Of a DNA stretch of 64,000 nt, positions 17,900 to 26,786 are shown one piece after another (positions within the stretch are counted from its first letter, which is position 1; every line of letters begins with the position of its first letter). The stretch is from contig JAADGG010000025.1 in assembly GCA_013152485.1 (NCBI GenBank), positions 50 through 64,049 of the forward strand, written 5' to 3'. Origin of the DNA: Nitrospirota bacterium (GTDB lineage Bacteria; Nitrospirota; Thermodesulfovibrionia; Thermodesulfovibrionales; JdFR-85). The notes under the pieces were generated by a model, which was given only the letters and a program-made list of their open reading frames with translations, made no database searches and was not told the DNA's origin. The translations under genes and the position numbers were made by a program.

Positions 17900-19162
17900 C
17901 TACTTGTGCCTCCGTGGCTTGTGCGCAGGCGTCCGTTTGTGCCTTGGATGCCTTGTCCGGTCCCTCTGCGGCCGGGGGCCCTTCTTCCTGGCACGCGCGG
18001 GTATCTTGCTGCGGTAGTCCGTGACTATCATCTCGTCCGTCAGCGGCACCACGGGGATCTTCTGCCTGATGTATTTTTCGACGTCGAGGAGCGAGTGGAC
18101 GTATTTCTCGCATGCGAGGGTTATGGCCCTGCCGTCCGCCCCGGCCCGTGCGGTCCTGCCGATACGGTGCACGTAGTCCTCGGGGTTCTGGGGGAGGTCG
18201 TAGTTTATGACGTGTGTTACGCCGTCGATATGCAGGCCCCGGCTCGCCACGTCAGTGGCTGCAAGGATGGGCAGGGTGCCGTCCTTGAAGCGGGAGAGCA
18301 CCTTCATCCGTTTCTTCTGGGGCAGGTCGCCGGTTATTGCCGCAGTCGGCAGGCCGTTGGCGTTCAGCAGTGCCTCGAGGCGCTCGGTCGCCGCGCGGGT
18401 GTTGCAGAATATGAGGTAGCGGCCGTTGGGGTCACGCCTCAGGATTCCGAGCAGGAGGCCGAACTTCTCGGACGTGCCCACGTGATAGATCTCCTGCTTT
18501 ATCTGCTCCACGGTGACCTTTTCGGGCGTCACCGTGATCTTCTCGGGCATGTTCATGTGTTCATAGCAGAGCTCGAGCACCCGGGTGGTCAGGGTTGCGG
18601 AGAAGAGCATGGACTGTCGCCTGTCATAGGGCGACATCCTCCTGAGGAGGAATCTCAGGTCACTGATGAACCCCATGTCGAAGAGACGGTCGGCCTCGTC
18701 GATCACGAGGAACTGCGTCTTCCTTAGGCTGTAGACCCTCTGCTTGAGGTAGTCGATGAGCCGGCCAGGCGTGCCGATGAGCACGTCGACGCCCTTTGCG
18801 AGCTCCTCACGCTGCTTCCTGTAGTCGATGCCGCCGAAGACGGGGACGATCCTGAAGCCGGCGGGGCCTCCGAGCAGCTTCGCCTCTGCCTCTATCTGTA
18901 CGACGAGCTCCCTCGTCGGTGCGATTATCAGTGCACGGGGCGAGGGTCCTCGTCCGGGCGGAGGCACCGTGAGCATGCGTGAGAAGACGGGGATCAGGAA
19001 GGCCGCGGTCTTGCCCGTGCCCGTCTGTGCCTGGGCGGCGATGTCCTTGCCGCGCAATGCCAGCGGCAGGGTCCGCGCCTGTACGGGGGTACACTCGGTG
19101 AATCCAGCGGCCCTGATTCCCTCAAGGACCTTTTCCGGGATGTCCAGTTCTTCGAATTTCAC
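17900..19162 (-). CDS. DEAD-box ATP-dependent RNA helicase
   Basis: 420-aa ORF with the Q motif, AQTGTGKT, DEAD, SAT, HRIGRTARAG and a basic C-terminal tail. Confidence 0.9.
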   Translation of the reverse strand: MKFEELDIPEKVLEGIRAAGFTECTPVQARTLPLALRGKDIAAQAQTGTGKTAAFLIPVFSRMLTVPPPGRGPSPRALIIAPTRELVVQIEAEAKLLGGPAGFRIVPVFGGIDYRKQREELAKGVDVLIGTPGRLIDYLKQRVYSLRKTQFLVIDEADRLFDMGFISDLRFLLRRMSPYDRRQSMLFSATLTTRVLELCYEHMNMPEKITVTPEKVTVEQIKQEIYHVGTSEKFGLLLGILRRDPNGRYLIFCNTRAATERLEALLNANGLPTAAITGDLPQKKRMKVLSRFKDGTLPILAATDVASRGLHIDGVTHVINYDLPQNPEDYVHRIGRTARAGADGRAITLACEKYVHSLLDVEKYIRQKIPVVPLTDEMIVTDYRSKIPARARKKGPRPQRDRTRHPRHKRTPAHKPRRHK

Positions 19163-19325
19163 TATCTACTACTATACATCAAGCCCGGTGTTTTCATAAA
19201 GCGGTCGGGATGCGGGGCGGGACTCGTACCCTCGTGCAGGGCTGAATTCTTTCTCTGTCGATGCCTTGATTTTCTTGATGACAACTCAAGCAGTAGTCCG
19301 TGAAGCCTCCTCCTGAAGGAGAGGG

Positions 19326-19380
19326 GATGACGTGCACCCCTTATTCGGACGGTATTGTTTCGGGGACACTTTTCTTGATC
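19326..19380 (+). repeat. U unit, direct orientation (upstream of pcrA)
   Basis: gacgtgcaccccttattcggacggtattgtttcggggacacttttc matches 27381-27425 with 3 mismatches in 45 nt. Confidence 0.7.
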
Positions 19381-19430
19381 CAATGCGGGGGTTTGCCTTA
19401 TTGGATGAAAACCCTTAATAATAGACCTCC

Positions 19431-21449
19431 ATGGACATGCATACGAGACTGTCACGACTCAACCCCTCACAGAAGGAAGCGGTCATGCATACCGAGGGCC
19501 CGCTCCTCGTACTTGCCGGCGCAGGGTCGGGAAAGACGAGGGTGATAACCATGAGGACCGCCTACCTCATACACACGGGGGTCAAGGCCGGCTCGGTGCT
19601 GGCGGTCACCTTCACAAACAAGGCCGCCAGGGAGATGAAGCAGCGGGTGAAGTCGATCCTGGGCGGCGGTAATGCATCACCGGTCGTCTCTACGTTCCAC
19701 TCCCTCTGCCTCAGGATCCTCAGGCGGGAGATCGAGCAGATCGGGTACAGGCGGGACTTCACGATATACGATACCTCGGACCAGGTCTCCCTCCTCAGGA
19801 GCCTGATGTCGGACATCAGGTTCCATGACAAGAGTTTCAAGGCCGAAGCCGTCCTCGAGAGGATCAGCCGGGCGAAGAACCGTTCCTCGGTGCCGGAGGC
19901 CGCCTCGACCGGGGATCCGGTGGATGAGATCTCGGCCATGATATATCCGAAGTACATGGAGTCGCTCAGGTCGATGAACGTCCTCGACTTCGACGATCTC
20001 CTGCTGCTTACGCTGAGGCTCTTCAGGGAACATCCACAGGTGCTCCAACGGTACAGGGAGCGGTTCAGGTACCTGATGGTCGACGAGTATCAGGATACGA
20101 ACCGCGTTCAGTACGAGTTCATAAAGCTCCTTGCCGGAGAGAGGAGGAACCTCTGCGTGGTCGGTGACGACGACCAGTCGATATACGGCTGGAGGGGCGC
20201 CGACATCGGCAACATACTCGATTTCGAGAAGGATTTTCCGGGCACCGTGACCGTGAGGCTCGAGCAGAACTACCGCTCGGTGGGCAACATACTCAGGGCG
20301 GCAAACGGTGTCATAAGGAACAACAAGAGGCGGATGGAGAAGTCCCTCTGGACCGACAGGGGTGAAGGGCCGAAGGTCAATCTCTTCAAGGCCGCCGACA
20401 CCGAGGACGAGGCCGACTGGGTGGTAGGCAGGATCTCGATGATCATGTACGACAAGGGGCTGCCTGCCGAGGATATCGCCGTCATCTACAGGGCGAACAC
20501 CTTTTCGAGGCCTTTTGAGGAGGCGCTCAGGAGGAGGCGGATCCCTTACTCGGTGGTCGGGGGAACGGGCTACTTCGAACGCAAGGAGATAAAGGACCTG
20601 ACGGCGTGGCTCAAGGTCATCGCAAACCCCTCTGACGACCAGAGCCTCCTGAGGGCTGCCGGCGCGCCGAAGAGGGGGATCGGGCCGGCGGCCCTCGTCC
20701 GGCTGATGGAGCACGCACGGACAGGCTCGGGGAGTCTCCTCGATGCATTCGGGAAGGCCCGCTCCGTAGAGGGTCTGGGCAGGGAGGCCGCCGCATCCGC
20801 CGAGGAACTCTTCGGCCTGGTCTGCCGCTACCGTGACGTCTTCAGGGAGGGCCGCGGGATGGGCAGGGCTCTCGAGGCGCTGATCGAGGAGATCGGCTAC
20901 AAGGACTATATTCTGAAGCTCTACAAGACCCCTGAGGCGGCTTTCAGGAGGCTGGAAAACATGGAGGGGCTGGTCGAGTCGATCACCCACTACGAGACGG
21001 TGGAGTCCGCACCCTCCCTTCACGGGTTCCTCGAGACGATGGCCCTCACGGACCTGCTGCAGGAGAAGGAGGAGAGGGGCGGGCGGGGCGTGACCCTGAT
21101 ATCCCTGCACTCATCGAAGGGGCTCGAGTTCCCGGTGGTCTTCATAGTCGGCGCAGAGGAGGATATACTGCCGCACAGGAAGTCCGCAGAGTGTGACGGG
21201 GGGATCGAGGAGGAGAGGCGGCTCTTCTATGTCGGGATAACCAGGGCTATGGACGAGCTCTACATCACGTACACGGGCAAGAGGCTGAAGTACGGCAAGG
21301 CGAGACCGTCCGTTGCCTCGAGGTTCCTGGAGGAGATCCCCGACGAGGCGATAAACCGGCTCGAGAGGTTCGAAGAACTCGACCCCGAGCAGGAGAAGGC
21401 CTATGTCAAGAAGCTCTATGCGGACCTGATGGCCAAGCTCGAAGAATGA
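19431..21449 (+). CDS. pcrA: ATP-dependent DNA helicase PcrA/UvrD
   Basis: 672-aa ORF with LNPSQKEAV, AGAGSGKT, DEYQDTN and VGITRAMDELY. It is the second UvrD-family helicase in the window. Confidence 0.9.
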   Translation: MDMHTRLSRLNPSQKEAVMHTEGPLLVLAGAGSGKTRVITMRTAYLIHTGVKAGSVLAVTFTNKAAREMKQRVKSILGGGNASPVVSTFHSLCLRILRREIEQIGYRRDFTIYDTSDQVSLLRSLMSDIRFHDKSFKAEAVLERISRAKNRSSVPEAASTGDPVDEISAMIYPKYMESLRSMNVLDFDDLLLLTLRLFREHPQVLQRYRERFRYLMVDEYQDTNRVQYEFIKLLAGERRNLCVVGDDDQSIYGWRGADIGNILDFEKDFPGTVTVRLEQNYRSVGNILRAANGVIRNNKRRMEKSLWTDRGEGPKVNLFKAADTEDEADWVVGRISMIMYDKGLPAEDIAVIYRANTFSRPFEEALRRRRIPYSVVGGTGYFERKEIKDLTAWLKVIANPSDDQSLLRAAGAPKRGIGPAALVRLMEHARTGSGSLLDAFGKARSVEGLGREAAASAEELFGLVCRYRDVFREGRGMGRALEALIEEIGYKDYILKLYKTPEAAFRRLENMEGLVESITHYETVESAPSLHGFLETMALTDLLQEKEERGGRGVTLISLHSSKGLEFPVVFIVGAEEDILPHRKSAECDGGIEEERRLFYVGITRAMDELYITYTGKRLKYGKARPSVASRFLEEIPDEAINRLERFEELDPEQEKAYVKKLYADLMAKLEE

Positions 21450-21544
21450 CCTGCCCGGTCCGGGCCCTGCATCCGGTGACGTCGCACATGCCCTGTGCCG
21501 TGCCTCCCGGGATTGAAATAACAGAGGGACGGGGAGTAGACTAA

Positions 21545-21950
21545 ATATTACACCGGCAATAAAACACCATAGACCAATAGACCATGGCTGAAAGGTTACA
21601 GGAAGCGGTTATTTCTGTATCCAGGCAGCAGTTTGTCATGCAGGACTTTATCCTGCGTTATGAAAGGGCTACGAAGTAATAATTGATGGTTGTTGAGAGC
21701 AATATGACAGACTCTTCGCTCATTCGTGCCGGCGTCCGGCTCGTCCAGGCATCCGGCCTGGACTCCGAGGCAAGTATCACGCTTCACCATCCAGGTGAAG
21801 CCCTTGTGATACTTGAAACCGTTCAGAGTCTGTCATATCGCTCTCCCTTTCCATAAATTGAGCCTCTTTATTTCTGTGTCCGGGCATTGGTTTGTAATGC
21901 ATGACTTGATTGTGCGTTATGAATAGGGTTATGGTACTTATTTGCCGAGG
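21545..21950 (+). repeat. Structured repeat element, copy B (unit-core-unit; core 21704-21836)
   Basis: The 12-bp stem is atgacagactct (21704-21715) with agagtctgtcat (21825-21836). Internal hairpins are gtccaggc/gcctggac and aagtatcacgcttcacc/ggtgaagcccttgtgatactt. A ~85-nt unit (ttatttctgt.tcc.ggc...tgcgttatgaa.ggg) is present on both sides of the core. Confidence 0.8.
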
Positions 21951-22215
21951 TCGATCGAGTTATAACCCGATCACGGATATAGTGAGCATATGGCCTTCCT
22001 GAACCGAGTCAGGCCAGGGTGAGCTGAAACAATGTCGGCTCAATCATGAGACAACTACATAACGGGGAGAGTGCGGCAGCGGCCGTTCTGGTCAGGAGAG
22101 CAGGATTGAAAAAGCAGAAACATGAGGGGGACATGGGCAGCCTGGTCTGGAGGGCTTTCCGGCCCACTGATCCGTCAGTGCGGGCGGAATCTCTTGCCGG
22201 GTCCGGTCGGGAACC

Positions 22216-24102
22216 ATGACTGATATGGCAGAGAGCATCAGGGAGAGGCTCAAGAGGCCCGAGTGGAGATTCGGTATCGCGTTTCTGCTCGTCGTCCTCT
22301 TTATGTTCGTGTGGGGACGGTTCTTCGGCGTACACGGCGCCGGGCAGTACGAGATAAGCTACAGCCGGTTCATCGAAGAGCTCGGGGCCGGGAATATAAA
22401 GTCCGTGACGATCAAGGACCTGCAACTCAGCGGTGAGTTCGTCAAGGGTGTAAGGGTGGCCCTGCCCGACGGACGGGAGGTCCCGGACGTAAAGTACTTC
22501 CGTACCTTCCTGCCTGCCTTCCAGGGCGAAGGACTCCTTTCGAGGCTCGAAGACAAGGGAGTGGAGATCAGCGTTGAACCGCCCGAAGAGGCGTCCTTCC
22601 TGGAGAAGTTGCTGCTCGGCATCCTGCCGTGGGTCCTGATTATCGGCATCTGGATCTTCATAATGAAGAGGGCCCAGCAGGTCCAGGGCGGTCCCGGCGG
22701 GCTCTTCACCTTCGGTGCCAGCAAGGCGAAGCTCTATGACGTCAAGAAGCCCTCGGTGACTTTCAAGGATGTGGCCGGTATGCACAATGTCAAGGAGGAG
22801 CTGAAGGAGACGGTCGATTTTCTGAAGAATCCGGAGGAGTACAGGAGGCTCGGGGCCAAGGTCCCCAGAGGGGTGCTACTGGTAGGCCCTCCCGGCACCG
22901 GAAAGACACTGCTTGCACGTTCGGTGGCCGGGGAGGCCGGCGTCCCCTTCTACAGCATCAGTGCTTCGGAGTTCATAGAGATGTTCGTGGGCGTTGGTGC
23001 GGCCCGTGTCAGGGACATGTTCCAGAAGGCGAAGGCCTCGCAGCCGAGCATAATCTTCATCGACGAACTCGACGCCGTAGGGCGCACGCGCGGGGCAGGC
23101 CTCGGAGGGGGGCATGACGAGAGGGAGCAGACGCTGAACCAGCTCCTGAGCGAGATGGACGGATTCGAGCCACACGAGGAGGTGATCGTCATGGCGGCGA
23201 CGAACAGGCCCGACGTCCTCGACCCCGCGCTCCTGAGGCCGGGCCGCTTCGACAGGCACATAGTCATAGACAGGCCGGGATGGAAGGACCGCAAGGAGAT
23301 CCTGGAGGTTCACGTGCGGAACAAGATCCTCGCTGACGACGTCGACCTCGAGACGATCGCGAGGAGTACTCCGGGAATGACCGGGGCGGATCTCGAGAAC
23401 CTCGTGAACGAGGCGGCCCTGATAGCCGTGAGGAAGAAAAAGGACAGGATAGACGCCGTTGACTTTGAAGAGGCGAAGGACAAGGTCCTGATGGGCTCGG
23501 TCAGGGATGAGACGATCAGCGATATGGAGCGGCGGCTGACGGCCTATCATGAAGCAGGGCACGCCCTTGCAGCATACGTGCTGCCGGATACCGACCCGAT
23601 ACACAAGGTCAGCATCCTGCCGCGCGGGATGGCGATGGGTGCCACACAGCTCCTGCCCGAGGAGGACAGGCACTACTATCCCAAGTCGTACCTAATGAGC
23701 AAGCTGAGCGTCGCCCTTGCCGGGAGGGCTGCCGAGAGGATCGTCTTCGATGACGTGAGTACCGGGGCGCAGAATGACCTCAAGGAGGCGACCTCGCTGG
23801 CAGAGAAGATGGTGGCTCAGTGGGGCATGAGCGAGCGGATCGGTCCCCTGAGCCTCGGAAGGGGTGAGGAACATCCGTTCTTGGGAAGGGAGCTCGCCCA
23901 GCCCAAACGATTCAGCGAGGAGATGACCTGGCTCATGGACCAGGAGATACAGAGGCTGATAGCCGATGCAGAGGCGAGGGCCGAGGAGGTGCTGCTTGAA
24001 AACAGACTGGTCCTCGACAGGCTGGCCGAGGCCCTCCTGGAGAAAGAGGTGCTAGGCAGGGAAGACGTCGAACGCATAATCAGGGGGCTGAAGCAGGCCT
24101 GA
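22216..24102 (+). CDS. ftsH: ATP-dependent zinc metalloprotease FtsH
   Basis: 628-aa ORF with two N-terminal TM segments, AAA Walker A GPPGTGKT, SRH and the HEAGH zinc motif. Confidence 0.95.
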   Translation: MTDMAESIRERLKRPEWRFGIAFLLVVLFMFVWGRFFGVHGAGQYEISYSRFIEELGAGNIKSVTIKDLQLSGEFVKGVRVALPDGREVPDVKYFRTFLPAFQGEGLLSRLEDKGVEISVEPPEEASFLEKLLLGILPWVLIIGIWIFIMKRAQQVQGGPGGLFTFGASKAKLYDVKKPSVTFKDVAGMHNVKEELKETVDFLKNPEEYRRLGAKVPRGVLLVGPPGTGKTLLARSVAGEAGVPFYSISASEFIEMFVGVGAARVRDMFQKAKASQPSIIFIDELDAVGRTRGAGLGGGHDEREQTLNQLLSEMDGFEPHEEVIVMAATNRPDVLDPALLRPGRFDRHIVIDRPGWKDRKEILEVHVRNKILADDVDLETIARSTPGMTGADLENLVNEAALIAVRKKKDRIDAVDFEEAKDKVLMGSVRDETISDMERRLTAYHEAGHALAAYVLPDTDPIHKVSILPRGMAMGATQLLPEEDRHYYPKSYLMSKLSVALAGRAAERIVFDDVSTGAQNDLKEATSLAEKMVAQWGMSERIGPLSLGRGEEHPFLGRELAQPKRFSEEMTWLMDQEIQRLIADAEARAEEVLLENRLVLDRLAEALLEKEVLGREDVERIIRGLKQA

Positions 24103-24115
24103 GGGGCTTCCCGAC

Positions 24116-24142
24116 AAAAAAGAGGCCCCTGACAGGGGCCTC
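24116..24142 (-). terminator. Rho-independent terminator (reads as hairpin plus T-run on the minus strand)
   Basis: gaggcccc (24122-24129) pairs with ggggcctc (24135-24142), with a 5-nt loop. An A-run at 24116-24121 on the + strand gives a U-tract after the hairpin for the minus-strand DsrE-like gene. Confidence 0.6.
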
Positions 24143-24243
24143 AAGGGCAATGATTAGGAGGGAGGGGAGTACAAGCTTCCCAATAGGAGGAGAGGGATTC
24201 CGTTCCGGGGGACGAGGTCCACGGTCCGGGGTTCCGGCCCCCC

Positions 24244-24729
24244 CTAAATAAACAGCGTTATGTCCGCATCGAGTGCGAAGTTGAGGAACTCTGCAGCCCC
24301 CGCGACCTCGACTCCCTCGACGAGGTCGTCCTTGCTGACGCCGGTCATCTCGAGCGTGGGGGTGCAGGCTATCATCCTGACGCCTATGTCCCTGCAAGCA
24401 TCAACGAGCTCGGGTATGCTCGGCCAGTTTATCTTCTTTATCATCCCTTTCATCATGGTCGTGCCGATCGAGGTCATGCCCGGCAGCATGCCGAGTATGT
24501 TGGGGACAGGCACGGGTGAAGGCATCGCAGGGTTTGCTATGGGTGCCACCTGCAGCCTGCCGTTCTTCTTCCTGTTCACTATGTCGACGCCGTAGAGTGT
24601 GAAGAATATCGCGGTCTCCACGTCCATGGCAGCTGCGGTCGATGCGAGTATGAGGGGCGGATAGGCCATGTCCATCGTCCCTTTACTGGCGATTATCGCC
24701 ATCCTCTTCTTTTTTTTCTCTTCAGACAT
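24244..24729 (-). CDS. DsrE/DsrF-like family protein
   Basis: 161-aa ORF. Starts MAIIASKGTMDMAYPPLILASTAAAMD...FFTLYG and has a conserved Cys in MIACTPT. Matches the pattern of DsrE/F-like sulfur-relay-fold proteins. Confidence 0.65.
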   Translation of the reverse strand: MSEEKKKKRMAIIASKGTMDMAYPPLILASTAAAMDVETAIFFTLYGVDIVNRKKNGRLQVAPIANPAMPSPVPVPNILGMLPGMTSIGTTMMKGMIKKINWPSIPELVDACRDIGVRMIACTPTLEMTGVSKDDLVEGVEVAGAAEFLNFALDADITLFI

Positions 24730-24837
24730 GATCTGCCTCCTTGACAGTGTTTGTTCGTCCTGTAACGCAGGCCTCGGCCGCCCTCAGAGGGCGCGCTCGA
24801 GCCGCGGACGGGCGGCCCCTTTCGTGGCCACAATTCA

Positions 24838-24866
24838 ATTATACTACGGACGGGTTTAAATGTCAA
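24838..24866 (-). promoter_or_regulatory. Consensus sigma70 promoter (TTGACA-17-TATAAT) upstream of the DsrE-like gene
   Basis: The minus strand reads TTGACA (24866-24861), a 17-nt spacer, then TATAAT (24843-24838). This leaves a leader of about 100 nt that is GC-rich and self-complementary (ggccgccc...gggcggcc) before ATG 24729. Confidence 0.55.
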
Positions 24867-24908
24867 TAGAATTCTTAATTAAGAAACTGTGCAATAGTGG
24901 CGGGTCTT

Positions 24909-25730
24909 CTACATCTCGAAGAAACCCTTTATGAAGGGCGTCTCCTTTTTCACTATCGAGCCGATATGCTCCACGTCTCCTTCAGTCAGGCCGCTCTTTC
25001 GCAGCAGGCGCTCCTTCTCTTCGTTCCAGGCCCCGTCGGCCTCGTTCCTCGGGGCGATGACCGCGGATAGGGCCTCGGCAAGATGCACCGTGACGGCGAT
25101 CCCCCGGTGTTTTTCACACCCCTCGAGGCAGTGGTGGTACCTTACGGCAAAGACTATCTCTTCGGGGAAGAGGGAGGACTCCAGAAACCATCCTCCGGCT
25201 GTGCCGTGGTCGGTGTTGAAGAGTTCCTTTTCCTTCTCCGTCACCGCTTCGTCGAACATCACGGCCTTGTACTCAGGAGCATAGAGGGTATAGAAGATGA
25301 CGCGTCCGATGTCGTGCAGTAGTCCGCCGAGGAAGCATACCCCGCCCGATGTGACCGGAACCTTGTCGCACAGGAGTCCCGCGATCAGTCCGACCTCATA
25401 GCTGTGGGCCCAGAACTCCTTCATACTCTTTGCCTCGCCCCTGCCGAGGAGCTCGAAGACCGATATGCTTATGGCGATGCTCCTGACGAGGTCGTAACCC
25501 AGGAGCAGCACGGCCTGCTCGAGGTTGTTCACGAGGCCGGAGTGCCAGAAGTACGGGGCATTCGCTATGGCCACGACCCTCTCGGCGAGACTCTGGTCGT
25601 GCTCGATTATCTCGGACAGTTCGACGAACGAAGAGTTTTCGTCGTCAATGGTCTCCAGGAGCCGCTTCATCACGACCGGGATGGTCGACAGGGTCTTCAG
25701 CCGGCCTATATCCCTTCTAACGTCCCTCAC
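24909..25730 (-). CDS. HDOD domain-containing signalling protein
   Basis: 273-aa ORF. The domain pattern includes LP..P.V..RLL..., GLLHDIG and RYHH. It overlaps the upstream gene by 4 nt. Confidence 0.75.
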   Translation of the reverse strand: MRDVRRDIGRLKTLSTIPVVMKRLLETIDDENSSFVELSEIIEHDQSLAERVVAIANAPYFWHSGLVNNLEQAVLLLGYDLVRSIAISISVFELLGRGEAKSMKEFWAHSYEVGLIAGLLCDKVPVTSGGVCFLGGLLHDIGRVIFYTLYAPEYKAVMFDEAVTEKEKELFNTDHGTAGGWFLESSLFPEEIVFAVRYHHCLEGCEKHRGIAVTVHLAEALSAVIAPRNEADGAWNEEKERLLRKSGLTEGDVEHIGSIVKKETPFIKGFFEM

Positions 25731-26653
25731 TCTTCGTCTCCGGGAAAACTCTCGAACAGGGTTTTGAACCTTTCGATGCTCACGGGTTTTTCGAGTATCC
25801 TGATGTCTCCCCTCTTCTTGACCCGTTCGACCTCGAACGACAGCGTGTCCCCGGTCAGAAGCCAGAGCCGCTTCTTGTCGATGAATCTTTCGGCCTTCTC
25901 GATGAACGTTATACCGTCCATCTCGGGCATCCTGAGGTCGACGAGAACGAAATCGAACTCTTCCTCGGCCAGGACCTCGAGGGCCTTCAGCGGTGAGGAC
26001 ATCACGCGGGCCTCATGTCCCAGGAGCGTGAGGAACTCCTTGAAGACGTCGACGACTATTGCGTCGTCATCGATGACCAGTATCCTGAACGACCTGCTCT
26101 CCTTTCTTTCCGGTCCGGGCTTGAGGAGCGGCATCTCGATGCGGAACTTCCTGCCCTTCTTCGTGTGGCTCAAGAACATCTCCCCGCCGTGGATCTTGAT
26201 GATCCTGTTGGCCAGCGGTGTGCCGAGCCCTCTCATCTTTCCCGGTATGTCGTGTGACCTGAATATATCGACCGATACATCCTGTGATTCATTTATGGAG
26301 TCCCTGAGCCTCAGCACCGCCTTACCATCTTCCTGTGCCGTTGAGACGACCAGACGCCTCTCGCCCTCGTGTCCCTCGAATGACTTTATGATGCCGAGCA
26401 GCAGATGGAGCAGCGCCTGCAGCAGGAGGTGAAAATCACCCTTGACGAAAAGCGGTTCCTTGGTGAGGTTTACTGTTATCGGGATGTTCCTCACCCTCAT
26501 CTGATACTCGAGCAGCGATACAGCCTTCCTGACCAGACCGTTGAGGTCGAGCGGAGCGGCCCCTGCGGGCTCCTCCTTTTGAGTGTATATCTTTAAGGGG
26601 TTTTTATTGCTTTGCTCCATTATCCATCCATGACGAACGGTTACCGATACCAT
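25727..26653 (-). CDS. Degenerate HATPase_c domain fused to a response-regulator receiver (no HisKA/H-box)
   Basis: 308-aa ORF. The ATPase-like half has the N-box positions as LLHLLLGIIKS (no Asn), no DxGxG and a partial G2 (GLGTPLA). The receiver half is intact (ILVIDDD...VLVDLRMPEMDG...K). No phosphoacceptor His domain lies upstream. Confidence 0.7.
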   Translation of the reverse strand: MVSVTVRHGWIMEQSNKNPLKIYTQKEEPAGAAPLDLNGLVRKAVSLLEYQMRVRNIPITVNLTKEPLFVKGDFHLLLQALLHLLLGIIKSFEGHEGERRLVVSTAQEDGKAVLRLRDSINESQDVSVDIFRSHDIPGKMRGLGTPLANRIIKIHGGEMFLSHTKKGRKFRIEMPLLKPGPERKESRSFRILVIDDDAIVVDVFKEFLTLLGHEARVMSSPLKALEVLAEEEFDFVLVDLRMPEMDGITFIEKAERFIDKKRLWLLTGDTLSFEVERVKKRGDIRILEKPVSIERFKTLFESFPGDEE

Positions 26654-26786
26654 TTTAGCAGAAATTAAAAAAAATTAAAATTTGCAATGCACGGGAACCC
26701 CCCGTGTTAAAGTTTTCCGCCGTCGGGCCGATATGAGGCTGAAGGGACGGCTTCCGCCGCACTGCCGAGAGACAGGAGAAACTCCC

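Noticed and set aside
17892-17994. N-terminal extensions given by the ORF track (tex 17994, nrpR 28700, rpsB 45212, FAD oxidoreductase 13511, hemL 47416, cytochrome 26682, truA 40747)
   Set aside because: The extensions overlap upstream genes or repeats and lack homology to the family N-termini. Internal starts with SD sequences reproduce the canonical N-termini, so I trimmed the coordinates.
22080-22140. SRP/4.5S-RNA-like string (ggtcaggagagcagg...aagcag) in the ftsH upstream region
   Set aside because: It does not reproduce the conserved domain IV sequence (GGUCCGGAAGGAAGCAGCC with a GNRA loop) or a symmetric helix. The resemblance is superficial. The region remains unassigned.
22046-22219. 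57-aa upstream ORF ending in ATGA overlap with the ftsH start
   Set aside because: No SD, atypical Arg codons (CGG/CGA), and no hydrophobic core or motif. It is probably a chance ORF in the 260-nt unexplained leader (21956-22215).
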